From: Eubacteriales bacterium
Lineage (GTDB): Bacteria; Bacillota; Clostridia; Lachnospirales; Lachnospiraceae
DNA length: 64,000 bases
NCBI GenBank assembly: GCA_050874845.1
Contig: JBNMLM010000001.1
Span: 987-64,986 of the forward strand
Reading direction: 5' to 3'
Both the position numbers and the translations under genes were made by a program. Shown one piece after another: positions 1-9,257 of this stretch (within the stretch, counting starts at the first letter, position 1; each line of letters starts with the position of its first letter). The notes beneath the pieces are model-generated. The model did no database searches. It was not told the DNA's origin and worked only from the letters and a program-made list of their open reading frames with translations.

Positions 1-25
1 ATTTATGAGAGGAGGGTCTTCTATT

Positions 26-1438
26 ATGGCAACTACAAGAATCATGCCGCTTCATGTCGGCAAAGGCCGCACAGAGAGTCGGGCGATCAGTGACATCATC
101 GACTATGTGGCCAATCCAAAGAAAACAGATAACGGCAGGCTCATTACCGGCTATGCGTGTGACAGCCGGACTGCGGATGCAGAGTTCCTTCTGGCAAAGC
201 GTCAATACATTGCTGCTACCGGACGAGTGCGTGGCGCGGATGATGTTATTGCCTATCATGTGCGCCAGTCCTTCCGCCCCGGTGAGATTACCCCGGAAGA
301 AGCAAACCGGCTGGGCGTAGAATTTGCCAAGCGGTTCACCAAGGGCAATCACGCCTTTGTGGTCTGCACCCACATAGACAAATCGCACATCCATAATCAC
401 ATCATCTGGTCATCGGTCAGCTTAGAATATGACCGGAAATTCCGAAACTTTTGGGGCAGCACCAAGGCGGTTCGCCGGTTAAGTGATACAATCTGCATTG
501 AAAACAGACTGTCCATTGTAGAGAATCCGAAACTTCACGGAAAAAGCTATAACAAATGGCTGGGCGATCAGGCAAAGCCCTCTCACCGAGAGCTGCTGCG
601 TGTGGCGATTGACAACGCATTATCACAAAGTCCTGCTGACTTTGAAGAACTGCTGAAATTGTTGCAAGAGTATGGTTGTGAAGTCTCAAAGCGCGGAAAA
701 TCGTATCGACTGAAACTCTCTGGTTGGGAGAAAGCCGCCCGCATGGACAGTCTGGGCGAAGGATATGGATTGGAAGATTTGCGGGCAGTTCTCTCAGGGA
801 AGAAAGCACATACCCCGCGAAAGAAAACCGTCACACAGGCAGAGCCGCCGAAGGTCAATCTGCTGGTGGACATTCAGGCAAAATTGCAGGCTGGAAAAGG
901 TGCTGGCTATGCTCGATGGGCTAAAGTTTTTAATCTGAAACAAATGGCGCAGACCATGAATTACCTGTCAGAGAACAATCTGCTGGAGTATGCGGTTTTG
1001 GATGAAAAGGCTGCGGCTGCCACGGCACATCACAATGATCTTTCGGCGCAGATCAAAGTGGCTGAAAAGCGCATGGCAGAGATCGCTGTCCTGCGTACTC
1101 ACATCGTAAATTATGCCAAGACCCGTGAGGTCTATGTGGCATACCGCAAGGCGGGTTACTCTAAGAAATTCCGGGAAGAACATGAGGAAGAAATTCTGCT
1201 CCACCAGGCTGCTAAGAATGCCTTTGATGAGATGGGAGTCAAGAAGCTTCCCAAGGTCAAAGAGTTGCAGACGGAGTACGCGAAATTGCTGGAAGAAAAG
1301 AAAAAGACCTATGCCGAGTACCGGCGTTCCCGTGAGGAAATGCGGGAGCTTTTAACGGCAAAGGCAAATGTAGATCGAGTGCTGAAAATGGAGGTAGAAC
1401 AGGATGTTGAAAAAGAAAAAGACCACGGCCAGCGGTAA
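26..1438 (+). CDS. Relaxase/mobilisation nuclease (MobA/VirD2-type)
   Basis: N-terminal relaxase domain with histidine triad THIDKSHIHNHIIW and a coiled-coil C-terminus. GGAGGG RBS at 11-16 favours the ATG at 26 over the ATG at 5. Confidence 0.85.
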   Translation: MATTRIMPLHVGKGRTESRAISDIIDYVANPKKTDNGRLITGYACDSRTADAEFLLAKRQYIAATGRVRGADDVIAYHVRQSFRPGEITPEEANRLGVEFAKRFTKGNHAFVVCTHIDKSHIHNHIIWSSVSLEYDRKFRNFWGSTKAVRRLSDTICIENRLSIVENPKLHGKSYNKWLGDQAKPSHRELLRVAIDNALSQSPADFEELLKLLQEYGCEVSKRGKSYRLKLSGWEKAARMDSLGEGYGLEDLRAVLSGKKAHTPRKKTVTQAEPPKVNLLVDIQAKLQAGKGAGYARWAKVFNLKQMAQTMNYLSENNLLEYAVLDEKAAAATAHHNDLSAQIKVAEKRMAEIAVLRTHIVNYAKTREVYVAYRKAGYSKKFREEHEEEILLHQAAKNAFDEMGVKKLPKVKELQTEYAKLLEEKKKTYAEYRRSREEMRELLTAKANVDRVLKMEVEQDVEKEKDHGQR

Positions 1439-1660
1439 GCTGGTCCTGGTCAAAAGCGTTCGCAGAACGCGCAGCCACAGAATGAAATTCTGTGTTCAAA
1501 GGGGCTTGGGGGCGTTGCCCTCAACAAGCAAGCGGAGAGGAAAATCACGGAGGGATTTTCTTCTCTGCGGGCCTGTGTGTATTAACACAGGCATTGCTTG
1601 CCTCTTTTCTCCGAAATTGAAAAGAACCAGTGAGAGAATCGTTAAATTTCACTCACTGGC

Positions 1661-2017
1661 TCAATTCATTTCAAACTTTTCGGACAACTCTGTCAGTTCT
1701 TTCACCGTTTCCTGGGTGTGATGCAGCAGGGTGTCACGCATTTCTGGCGGACAGCTGGAATAAAGCATTTTCATCTGATTGACACCCTCATCCTCCAGAG
1801 AAACATCTGGATTTATAAGTGTATCTAAAGAGATGTGCAGGACCTTTGCCAATGCTCTTAAAATTAAATAAGAAGGATTCATTTTCCCCTTTTCGATATT
1901 GGCGATTTGCTTTACAGAAACATGGCTCAGATCCGCAAGTTCCTGTTGTGTCAGTTCTTTATTCTTTCGGGCTTCCCGCATTTTTTGCCCTAAAGCAGTC
2001 AAATCATCAATCGGCAT
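1661..2017 (-). CDS. XRE-family helix-turn-helix transcriptional regulator
   Basis: N-terminal HTH_3 signature (LTQQELADLSHVSVKQIANIEKGK) and an RBS upstream of the start. Confidence 0.8.
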   Translation of the reverse strand: MPIDDLTALGQKMREARKNKELTQQELADLSHVSVKQIANIEKGKMNPSYLILRALAKVLHISLDTLINPDVSLEDEGVNQMKMLYSSCPPEMRDTLLHHTQETVKELTELSEKFEMN

Positions 2018-2181
2018 AATCGTTCACCTCAATAATATTGTATCGTTCCGGTTTATATGATGGAATGACCTTATTATGCCTGACAAGCTGTACGATTATG
2101 CCGATTATATAAAGCTGCGATTGGTGATAAACTTGTATTGCTCGAGACAAAGAACTATAATGTACTCTGTGGAGGTGCATA

Positions 2182-2370
2182 ATGGATTATATGACACTAA
2201 AAGAGGCCGCCGAAAAATGGGGCGTGACACCTCGTAGAGTAAATTACTATTGCGCTGCTGGGCGTATCCCCGGCGCTGTGAAGATGGCTGGTGTTTGGCT
2301 GATCCCAAAGAACGCAGAAAAGCCGATTGACGGAAGGACAAAACAAGGAAAGGAATTAAAACATGAATAG
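2182..2370 (+). CDS. Small helix-turn-helix DNA-binding protein (MerR/excisionase-like HTH_17 type)
   Basis: LKEAAEKWGVTPRRVNYYCAAGRIPGA motif, GGAGG RBS, and an overlap with the following response regulator gene. Confidence 0.65.
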   Translation: MDYMTLKEAAEKWGVTPRRVNYYCAAGRIPGAVKMAGVWLIPKNAEKPIDGRTKQGKELKHE

Positions 2371-3061
2371 AATATTGCTATTGGAGGATGATGTCAGTCT
2401 AATAGATGGCTTGGTCTACTCTTTGAAAAAGAATGAATTTGATGTTGAAGTTGCCCGTACTGTATGTGAGGCAAAACAATACTTGTCCGAACTCGACAGA
2501 TACGATCTGTTGATTTTGGATGTCACCCTACCAGATGGAACAGGATTTGACATATGCGAAAAAGTAAGAAAAGAAAATCAGCAGATACCTATTATATTCC
2601 TGACTGCATCGGATGAAGAAGTCAGCATAATTCGTGGATTAGATAGCGGTGGGGACGATTATATCACCAAGCCTTTCAAACTGGGGGAATTGTGTTCCCG
2701 CATCCGGGCGCTGTTGCGTCGGGCCGGAGGTTCCAAAAGCGAAAAAAACACTTCTATGGAATGTGGCGACATTACCATTGATCTGTTGGGTAGCCGTGCA
2801 ACCTTAAAGGGAAAAGCATTGGATTTGACAAGCGCCGAATATCGTTTGCTTTGTCTGCTGGTAAGAAACGCAAATCGCGTTGTGACAAGGGACATCATTC
2901 TAAATGAGCTGTGGGATGATACAGGAAATTTTGTTGATGATAATACCCTGTCCGTCTATGTACGGCGGCTTCGTGAAAAAGTGGAAACCAATCCGTCCCA
3001 TCCAGAACACCTTATAACCATTCGTGGGTTCGGCTACCAATGGAAAGAGGTGTCTATATGA
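2363..3061 (+). CDS. OmpR/PhoB-family response regulator (BceR/VanR-like)
   Basis: Receiver domain (LLILDVTLPDG, ...DDYITKPF) plus a C-terminal winged helix (LTSAEYRLL..., TIRGFGYQW). Confidence 0.9.
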   Translation: MNRILLLEDDVSLIDGLVYSLKKNEFDVEVARTVCEAKQYLSELDRYDLLILDVTLPDGTGFDICEKVRKENQQIPIIFLTASDEEVSIIRGLDSGGDDYITKPFKLGELCSRIRALLRRAGGSKSEKNTSMECGDITIDLLGSRATLKGKALDLTSAEYRLLCLLVRNANRVVTRDIILNELWDDTGNFVDDNTLSVYVRRLREKVETNPSHPEHLITIRGFGYQWKEVSI

Positions 3062-4287
3062 GTTTGTACCAAGATAGACAGATTAAAGGGTTCCTGCTAT
3101 TTTTGACTTTGTTTGCTCTGCTGTTTGTAGGTACAGCAACCGTTTTGACTATTTATCAGGTGAACGATGCGGAAGTCCTATGGCTCAAACATGATGAAGC
3201 GGTTTCATCCTCACTTTTGGAACAGGGTGTTCCGAAAGAAGTAGTTGCAGTTGCCTTTACGAACACAGACATCAGTGACGATGGTAGGTCATTATTAGCG
3301 GCTGCGGGTTTGGGAAAACAGTCAGAAAGCAGTATGCGGCCTTATTTCAATCAATTTCAGCGTTCCGCTTTCTGCACCATGCTATGCACTGTGCTATTTT
3401 TTCTCTTTGTGCTTGCCATAGGAATATTTATTTTTTTCTGGAAAAGGAAGCGATTGTATCAACAGGCCGACAAAATATTGCTAAATTACATCAACGGGGA
3501 TTACTCTTGTCATTTACCGCAGAATTATGAGGGGGCTATCTACCAAGTGTTTTCTTCGATAGAACAGCTTGCAACTATGCTCCAATCCAAAAATGAAACA
3601 GAACGTAAAGCAAAAGAGTTTTTGAAAGACACCATATCCGATATATCTCACCAGCTCAAAACGCCTCTGGCAGCCCTCACTATGTATCAGGAGATCATTG
3701 AAAGTGAGCCAGAAAATGCAGAAACGGTCAAACAGTTTGCGGCGAAGATGGGTATTTCTCTAAAGCGTATGGAGCAGTTAATCTTATCCATGTTGAAGAT
3801 AACCCGACTGGATACGGGAAACATCATTTTTGAGAAAAAAAGTTGCCGTGTGTCCGAGCTGATAGCTCATTCAGTCAATGACCTAACCACAAGGGCTAAA
3901 AGCGAAAGCAAGCAGATTCAGATAGATGGCGATGGTGAACAGCAGCTTATTTGTGACATGGAATGGACAGGTGAAGCGATTGGAAACATTGTAAAAAATG
4001 CACTGGATCACACGCAAGCTGGCGGTATTGTCCGTATTACATGGGAGCGCACTCCTGCTATGTTTCGGATTTTTATTTCTGATAATGGTAACGGCATAGT
4101 CCCGGAAGATATTTACCATATCTTTAAACGCTTTTATCGCAGCAGACATTCCCTTGATACACAAGGAATCGGGCTGGGGCTTCCCCTTGCCAAGTCCATT
4201 ATTGAGGGTCAAAACGGTGTTATCTCCGTACAAAGTGAAGTCGGAAAAGGTACGCTGTTTACACTATCTTTCCTTACGGATCTGTAA
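3058..4287 (+). CDS. Sensor histidine kinase with two TM helices flanking a ~70-aa external loop
   Basis: H-box SHQLKTPLAAL, N-box NALDHT, G-boxes DNGNGI and GIGLGLPLA. The ATG at 3058 overlaps the RR stop (ATGA). Confidence 0.9.
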   Translation: MSLYQDRQIKGFLLFLTLFALLFVGTATVLTIYQVNDAEVLWLKHDEAVSSSLLEQGVPKEVVAVAFTNTDISDDGRSLLAAAGLGKQSESSMRPYFNQFQRSAFCTMLCTVLFFLFVLAIGIFIFFWKRKRLYQQADKILLNYINGDYSCHLPQNYEGAIYQVFSSIEQLATMLQSKNETERKAKEFLKDTISDISHQLKTPLAALTMYQEIIESEPENAETVKQFAAKMGISLKRMEQLILSMLKITRLDTGNIIFEKKSCRVSELIAHSVNDLTTRAKSESKQIQIDGDGEQQLICDMEWTGEAIGNIVKNALDHTQAGGIVRITWERTPAMFRIFISDNGNGIVPEDIYHIFKRFYRSRHSLDTQGIGLGLPLAKSIIEGQNGVISVQSEVGKGTLFTLSFLTDL

Positions 4288-4326
4288 GGTCAAATTCACC
4301 TGCTTGTAAGCTGTTTTTGCTATCCT
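4274..4326 (+). promoter_or_regulatory. Tandem BceR-type operator boxes plus a -10-like TATCCT, upstream of the ABC exporter genes
   Basis: TTACG-GATC-TGTAA (4274-4287) and TCACC-TGCT-TGTAA (4296-4309), 22 bp apart. The same architecture recurs at 7437-7489. Confidence 0.6.
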
Positions 4327-4345
4327 TTTGAGAAAGGAGGTACTG

Positions 4346-5047
4346 ATGACTATGGAAATATTGAAAGTACAAGATTTATGTAAAATTTATGGCAAGGGTG
4401 AGGCGAAAGTCGAAGCGTTGAAGAAGGTTTCCTTCTCCCTGGATAAAGGCGAATTTGCTGCCGTTGTGGGTGAATCCGGTTCTGGCAAAAGCACATTACT
4501 GAACTGTATTGGAGCTTTGGATACCCCTACTTCCGGCCACATTTGGATTGATGAACAAGACCTGTTTTCCATGAAAGAGGAACAGCGCACGATTTTCCGC
4601 CGTCGTAATATCGGCTTTATCTTCCAATCCTTTCAGTTGGTTTCCGAGCTGAATGTGGAGCAGAATATCATGTTTCCGCTTCTTTTGGACTATCGCAAAC
4701 CAGACCCGGCAGCAGTAGAAGAAATTTTGGAACTCTTGGGACTTACCGAGCGTCGACATCACCTGCCGAGCCAACTATCCGGCGGACAGCAGCAGCGTGT
4801 TGCCATTGGCCGGGCGTTAATCACAAAGCCCAAACTGATTCTGGCAGATGAACCTACTGGCAATCTGGACAGTAAAAATAGCCAGGATGTCATGGCTTTG
4901 CTTACACAGGCATCCCGCCGCTATCAGCAAACGATTCTGATGATTACCCACAATAAAAATTTGACAGCATCCGTTGATCGGGTGTTCCGAGTATCCGATG
5001 GCGTTTTGACGGATTTGGGAGGAAAAAAGAATGAAGCATTATCTTGA
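4346..5047 (+). CDS. ABC transporter ATP-binding protein (MacB/BceA-like)
   Basis: Walker [10 protein letters not shown], signature [15 protein letters not shown], Walker [19 protein letters not shown] precedes the ATG at 4346. Confidence 0.9.
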   Translation: MTMEILKVQDLCKIYGKGEAKVEALKKVSFSLDKGEFAAVVGESGSGKSTLLNCIGALDTPTSGHIWIDEQDLFSMKEEQRTIFRRRNIGFIFQSFQLVSELNVEQNIMFPLLLDYRKPDPAAVEEILELLGLTERRHHLPSQLSGGQQQRVAIGRALITKPKLILADEPTGNLDSKNSQDVMALLTQASRRYQQTILMITHNKNLTASVDRVFRVSDGVLTDLGGKKNEALS

Positions 5048-7391
5048 CCTTGTTCCCATATCTGTAAAGATCCACAGGAAGCAAAGCAGGATGTCCATTT
5101 TCTGCATTGTGCTGGCGGTATTTCTGGTTACTACAATTTTTGGCATGGCAGATATGTTCGTCCGCAGCCAGATTTTGCAGACCCAGCAGGAATATGGAAA
5201 CTGGCATATCGCCATCAAAAATATCAGCAACGAAGAAGCGTCAATTATCGCTTCACGCCCCGATGTTAAAGTATTTTCGCCGTATGGTGTACTTAATTAT
5301 CGTGGAGATTTAGGCTACACTTTAGGAGGAAAAAATGTAGCGATATGCGGTTGTGATAAAAGCTATATAACCGAAATCTGGGCTGGACAACTTGAAGATG
5401 GCGTTTTTCCACAGGCAAGTAATGAAGCGTTGGTGACTGAAAATGTAAAACAGATAATGGGTGTTGCGATTGGCGATTCCATTGCCGTCGAAACTCCTGA
5501 TGGTGATAAACTGAATTTTACCATATCTGGATTTATGAATAATACAGACTCGATCATGAGTGGCGACTCCTACGGCATTATTTTGAACATAGAGGATTAC
5601 TGCGCGATTTATCCGAATGTATCAGACGGGGAGCCGAATGATTACGGCATTATGTTTTTTACTCAATTTGCAAACACAAGAAATATACAAGGGAAAATTG
5701 CAGATTTGAAAGAACAATGCAATTTATCGAATGAACAAATATCTTCCAACAATAATCTGCTTGGCTTGCTTGGACAAAGCCGCGTCCCCTTTTTGTTACA
5801 AGTGTACTTGGCTGCGGCTGTATTGTTTGTATTGGTAATGTTAGCTGGCATTATGATGATTGCAAGCAGCCTAAATAGCAATGTGGCTCAGCGGACAGAG
5901 TTTTTCGGTCTTATGCGCTGTATCGGTGCAACGCCAAAACAGGTTATGCGCCTGGTACGGAAAGAGGCGCTTAGTTGGTGTCGTTTGGCGATCCCTGTGG
6001 GTATTTCCATCGGTGTAGTTGTCATTTGGGTCTTGTGTGCAGTTTTACGCTTCCTTGGCCCAGAATATTTCGAGGCTATGCCAACATTCGGTTTGAGCAT
6101 TCCGAGCATTTTGGCAGGAATCGTTGTGGGATTACTTACGGTTTTGTTAGCTGCTTATTCCCCGGCCAAAAAGGCGGCAAAGGTATCTCCTCTGGCAGCG
6201 GTTTCCGGTAACGCAAATACTTTGAAACCCGCCAGAAATGCCGCCAATACAAAGCTATTTAAGATTGATACTGCACTTGGGATTCATCATGCAAAAGCAA
6301 GCCGAAAAAACTTACTTTTGATGACAAGCTCATTTGCTCTTAGTATTATCCTTTTTTTATCGTTTTCCGTAACGGTCGAGTTTATGCAGCATACATTAAC
6401 GCCGCTTCATCCATGGACAGCAGATTTATCTATCATAAGCCCTGATAATTCTTGCGCCATTGACAAAACATTTTTAGAAGATTTGAAAGAAAATTCTATT
6501 GTGGATTTAGCGTATGGAAGAATGTTTGCCTACGAGGTTCCATCTGTAACAAATGGTATTGAAAAAAAGGTGGATTTGATCTCTTATGAGCAGCATCAAT
6601 TTGATTGGGCGAAAGACTATTTGTTAGAAGGTTCTCTTGAATCTGCACAAAACGATGTGGGAACTGGTTTAATTGTTTATGAGCAACAGAATACTATACA
6701 AATTGGTGATACTGTAACACTGAATATAAGCGGGCAAAAAAAAGAAATTCAAATCGTGGGAACACTATCTGACTGTCCATTTTATAGTGCTGCAGGTGTT
6801 GGAACAATTATCTGTTCAGAGGATACATTTAAGCAAATTACTAGTGAATCAAAGTACACGATTATTGATGTGCAGTTAACCAAAGAAGCAACCGATGAAG
6901 ATGTTTATGCTATCCATCAAATGGTGGATTCCACATTTACTTTCTCCGATGAACGTATGGGAAACAGCAGTACAATGGGAACATATTATTGTTTCTGGCT
7001 GTTCGTTTATGGATTTCTCGTTTTGATTGCATTGATTACAGTTTTTAACATAATAAACAGTATTGCTATGAGCGTCTCCTCAAGATCAAAGCAATATGGT
7101 TCTTTCCGCGCTATTGGGCTTAGTATAGGACAGCTTAGGAAAATGATAGTTGCAGAAGCCTTTACTTATACCATAATCGGCGGTATAGTTGGCACCATTT
7201 TGGGACTGTTAAGCAACAAGGTATTGTTCGAAATGTTGATCAGTTATAAATGGGGTGATACTTGGACAATTCCTTTGAAAGAATTGAGTATTATTCTTCT
7301 GATTGTTGTATTATCTGCGATTGTGGCGGTGTACGGTCCGATTAAGAGAATACACAATATGTCCATTGTTGACACAATCAGCGCACAGTGA
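5031..7391 (+). CDS. ABC transporter permease with two FtsX-type modules and two large external domains
   Basis: An N-terminal TM, a ~230-aa external domain and a TM bundle, then a second external domain and a second TM bundle. The start overlaps the ATPase gene. Confidence 0.85.
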   Translation: MKHYLDLVPISVKIHRKQSRMSIFCIVLAVFLVTTIFGMADMFVRSQILQTQQEYGNWHIAIKNISNEEASIIASRPDVKVFSPYGVLNYRGDLGYTLGGKNVAICGCDKSYITEIWAGQLEDGVFPQASNEALVTENVKQIMGVAIGDSIAVETPDGDKLNFTISGFMNNTDSIMSGDSYGIILNIEDYCAIYPNVSDGEPNDYGIMFFTQFANTRNIQGKIADLKEQCNLSNEQISSNNNLLGLLGQSRVPFLLQVYLAAAVLFVLVMLAGIMMIASSLNSNVAQRTEFFGLMRCIGATPKQVMRLVRKEALSWCRLAIPVGISIGVVVIWVLCAVLRFLGPEYFEAMPTFGLSIPSILAGIVVGLLTVLLAAYSPAKKAAKVSPLAAVSGNANTLKPARNAANTKLFKIDTALGIHHAKASRKNLLLMTSSFALSIILFLSFSVTVEFMQHTLTPLHPWTADLSIISPDNSCAIDKTFLEDLKENSIVDLAYGRMFAYEVPSVTNGIEKKVDLISYEQHQFDWAKDYLLEGSLESAQNDVGTGLIVYEQQNTIQIGDTVTLNISGQKKEIQIVGTLSDCPFYSAAGVGTIICSEDTFKQITSESKYTIIDVQLTKEATDEDVYAIHQMVDSTFTFSDERMGNSSTMGTYYCFWLFVYGFLVLIALITVFNIINSIAMSVSSRSKQYGSFRAIGLSIGQLRKMIVAEAFTYTIIGGIVGTILGLLSNKVLFEMLISYKWGDTWTIPLKELSIILLIVVLSAIVAVYGPIKRIHNMSIVDTISAQ

Positions 7392-7403
7392 TTCTACTTT
7401 TGA

Positions 7404-7433
7404 AGTGGGTGGATTTAGAAGCCACCCGCTTTT
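7404..7433 (+). terminator. Rho-independent terminator after the permease gene
   Basis: A 9-bp stem (AGTGGGTGG/CCACCCGCT) followed by a T-run. Confidence 0.6.
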
Positions 7434-7436
7434 GTC

Positions 7437-7489
7437 TTACAAATCCGTAAGCTGAAATTCACCTGTTTGTAAGCTGGTTTTTTTATAAT
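7437..7489 (+). promoter_or_regulatory. Second tandem BceR-type operator plus consensus TATAAT, upstream of the metallophosphoesterase gene
   Basis: TTACA-AATC-CGTAA (7437-7450), TCACC-TGTT-TGTAA (7459-7472) and TATAAT (7484-7489). Spacing is identical to the 4274 site. Confidence 0.6.
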
Positions 7490-7513
7490 TAAGTTGATGA
7501 AAGAGAGGAAAAA

Positions 7514-8380
7514 ATGAAAAAAATTCTTTCCACCAGAGTATTGGTGAAGATTGGTGTATTAACAACGATACTGCTAGTTTTGATAATCTGTACTGTATGG
7601 GGAAATTCAGCATTGATGGTAAGTACAGTTAATATCTCCAGTGATCGCATACCATCTGCCTTTTCTAATTTTCAGATTGCACAAGTGTCCGACTTGCATA
7701 ATGCTGAATTTGGAGACAGCAATACAGAATTGATAGAATTGCTGTCTGAACACGAACCGGATATTATTGTTATAACTGGAGATTTAATCGATGCTGGACA
7801 TACAGACATTGAGATTGCGTTTGATTTTGTAAAAAAAGCTGTTCAAATAGCTCCTGTCTACTTTGTAACTGGAAACCACGAAGCTAACTTCTCACATTAT
7901 GATCAATTCAAAACAGGGCTTGAAGCGTCTGGCGTAACTGTTCTTGAAGATGAAGCAATACAGTTAGTGCATAACAACGAAATGATTACCCTTATCGGGC
8001 TTTCTGATCCTGACTTTACGATTAAGGGCGATATGTTTAATGAAGTACCAGCCATGGTCAACACAAAATTGAATAGCCTCATTGATGACGAAAACAGTTA
8101 CACTATACTGCTATCACATCGGCCAGAGTTATTTGAAACCTATGTATGCTGTGGTGTTGATTTGGTTTTATGTGGTCATGCACACGGAGGGCAGTTTCGA
8201 TTGCCTTTTATTGGGGGGCTTGTTGCCCCCAATCAAGGGCTGTTTCCTAAATATGATTCCGGTCTTTATACAGACGGAAAGACAAATATGGTTGTTAGCC
8301 GCGGCCTTGGAAATAGTATTATTCCATTCCGATTTAATAATCGTCCAGAGGTTGTATTAGTAGAACTTAACACCGAATAA
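7514..8380 (+). CDS. Membrane-anchored metallophosphoesterase (calcineurin-like, YkuE-type)
   Basis: Motifs SDLHN, GDLID, GNHE and GHAHGG, plus an N-terminal TM helix. Confidence 0.85.
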   Translation: MKKILSTRVLVKIGVLTTILLVLIICTVWGNSALMVSTVNISSDRIPSAFSNFQIAQVSDLHNAEFGDSNTELIELLSEHEPDIIVITGDLIDAGHTDIEIAFDFVKKAVQIAPVYFVTGNHEANFSHYDQFKTGLEASGVTVLEDEAIQLVHNNEMITLIGLSDPDFTIKGDMFNEVPAMVNTKLNSLIDDENSYTILLSHRPELFETYVCCGVDLVLCGHAHGGQFRLPFIGGLVAPNQGLFPKYDSGLYTDGKTNMVVSRGLGNSIIPFRFNNRPEVVLVELNTE

Positions 8381-8470
8381 CGATACTTCAACCGAATATT
8401 GAAATGATCTGCCGCACGACGGCAAAAGAAAAAAAGCCGTCGTAGAGCAGACAATTTGACACGCCCATTT

Positions 8471-8509
8471 GAAACGGCGGCTTTGATTTTCAGAGCCGCC
8501 GTTTCTTTG
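8471..8509 (+). terminator. Rho-independent terminator
   Basis: A 12-bp stem GAAACGGCGGCT/AGCCGCCGTTTC followed by TTT. Confidence 0.6.
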
Positions 8510-8706
8510 CGTCTACACAAACCAATGACGACTTGCAGGGACACGGTAGCCGATTGGAGGGTGATTTACCGTGTCTCGTTTGCTTTTTCAAAGCTCACAT
8601 GATCTACATCAGTTAAAAAAAGCCTTGCCCCTCCTCCGGGCAAGTATAACATTGCATCGGCATTATCGTTCCATGTAATTCAGTATAATAATGGCTGTTC
8701 TTGGCG

Positions 8707-8837
8707 CGCCAGTTTTCCCTCACGGAAATCTGGCGTTTTTTGTTGCCATTTTTTCGGAGATGATCCGGTTGTCTGCCAGTGTCGGTCTCCGCCTCCATTC
8801 GATTCACCCGTCAATCACCCGTGAATCGAAATGGAGG
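8707..8837 (+). promoter_or_regulatory. Structured leader of the sigma-like gene: a terminator-like hairpin followed by an RBS-sequestering hairpin
   Basis: Hairpin plus T6 at 8707-8741. A 16/17-nt inverted repeat (CCTCCATTCGATTCAC at 8792-8807, GTGAATCGAAATGGAGG at 8821-8837) has a 3' arm that contains the GGAGG of the gene starting at 8844. Confidence 0.55.
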
Positions 8838-8843
8838 TACATA

Positions 8844-9257
8844 ATGAAGAAAATTAACCTTCGGGAACTTTATCCTAATGTTTATACAACAGACTTTTTT
8901 GTAGATGTGACAGAGGAAGTAATGGAGACTATTCGAGCAGCTGAACGTGCGGAGACTGCGTATGAGCGAAAGATGTATCGTTATAAAGCACAGTATTCTC
9001 TGGATTGCGAGAATGGCATTGAAAATGCGGTGCTGTTGAAGCCGCAAACACCGGAGATGCTTCTGGAGGAAAAACAGTTTCAGGAGCAGGTCTATGCCGC
9101 TGTGATGAAGCTGCCGGAGAAACAGGCAAAGCGAATTTATGCCCGATACTATCTGGGAATGACGGTAAATGAAATTGCCGAAGTAGAAGGTGTAGACCCA
9201 AGCCGTGTCCGAGACAGTATCCGCCGTGGATTAAAGCAGCTTGTAAAATATTTTTGA
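8844..9257 (+). CDS. Sigma-70 region-4-like small regulator (Tn916 orf7-like class)
   Basis: C-terminal region-4 HTH (YYLGMTVNEIAEVEGVDPSRVRDSIRRGLKQL). GGAGG RBS at 8833-8837. The ORF-track N-terminal extension lacks coding character. Confidence 0.75.
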   Translation: MKKINLRELYPNVYTTDFFVDVTEEVMETIRAAERAETAYERKMYRYKAQYSLDCENGIENAVLLKPQTPEMLLEEKQFQEQVYAAVMKLPEKQAKRIYARYYLGMTVNEIAEVEGVDPSRVRDSIRRGLKQLVKYF

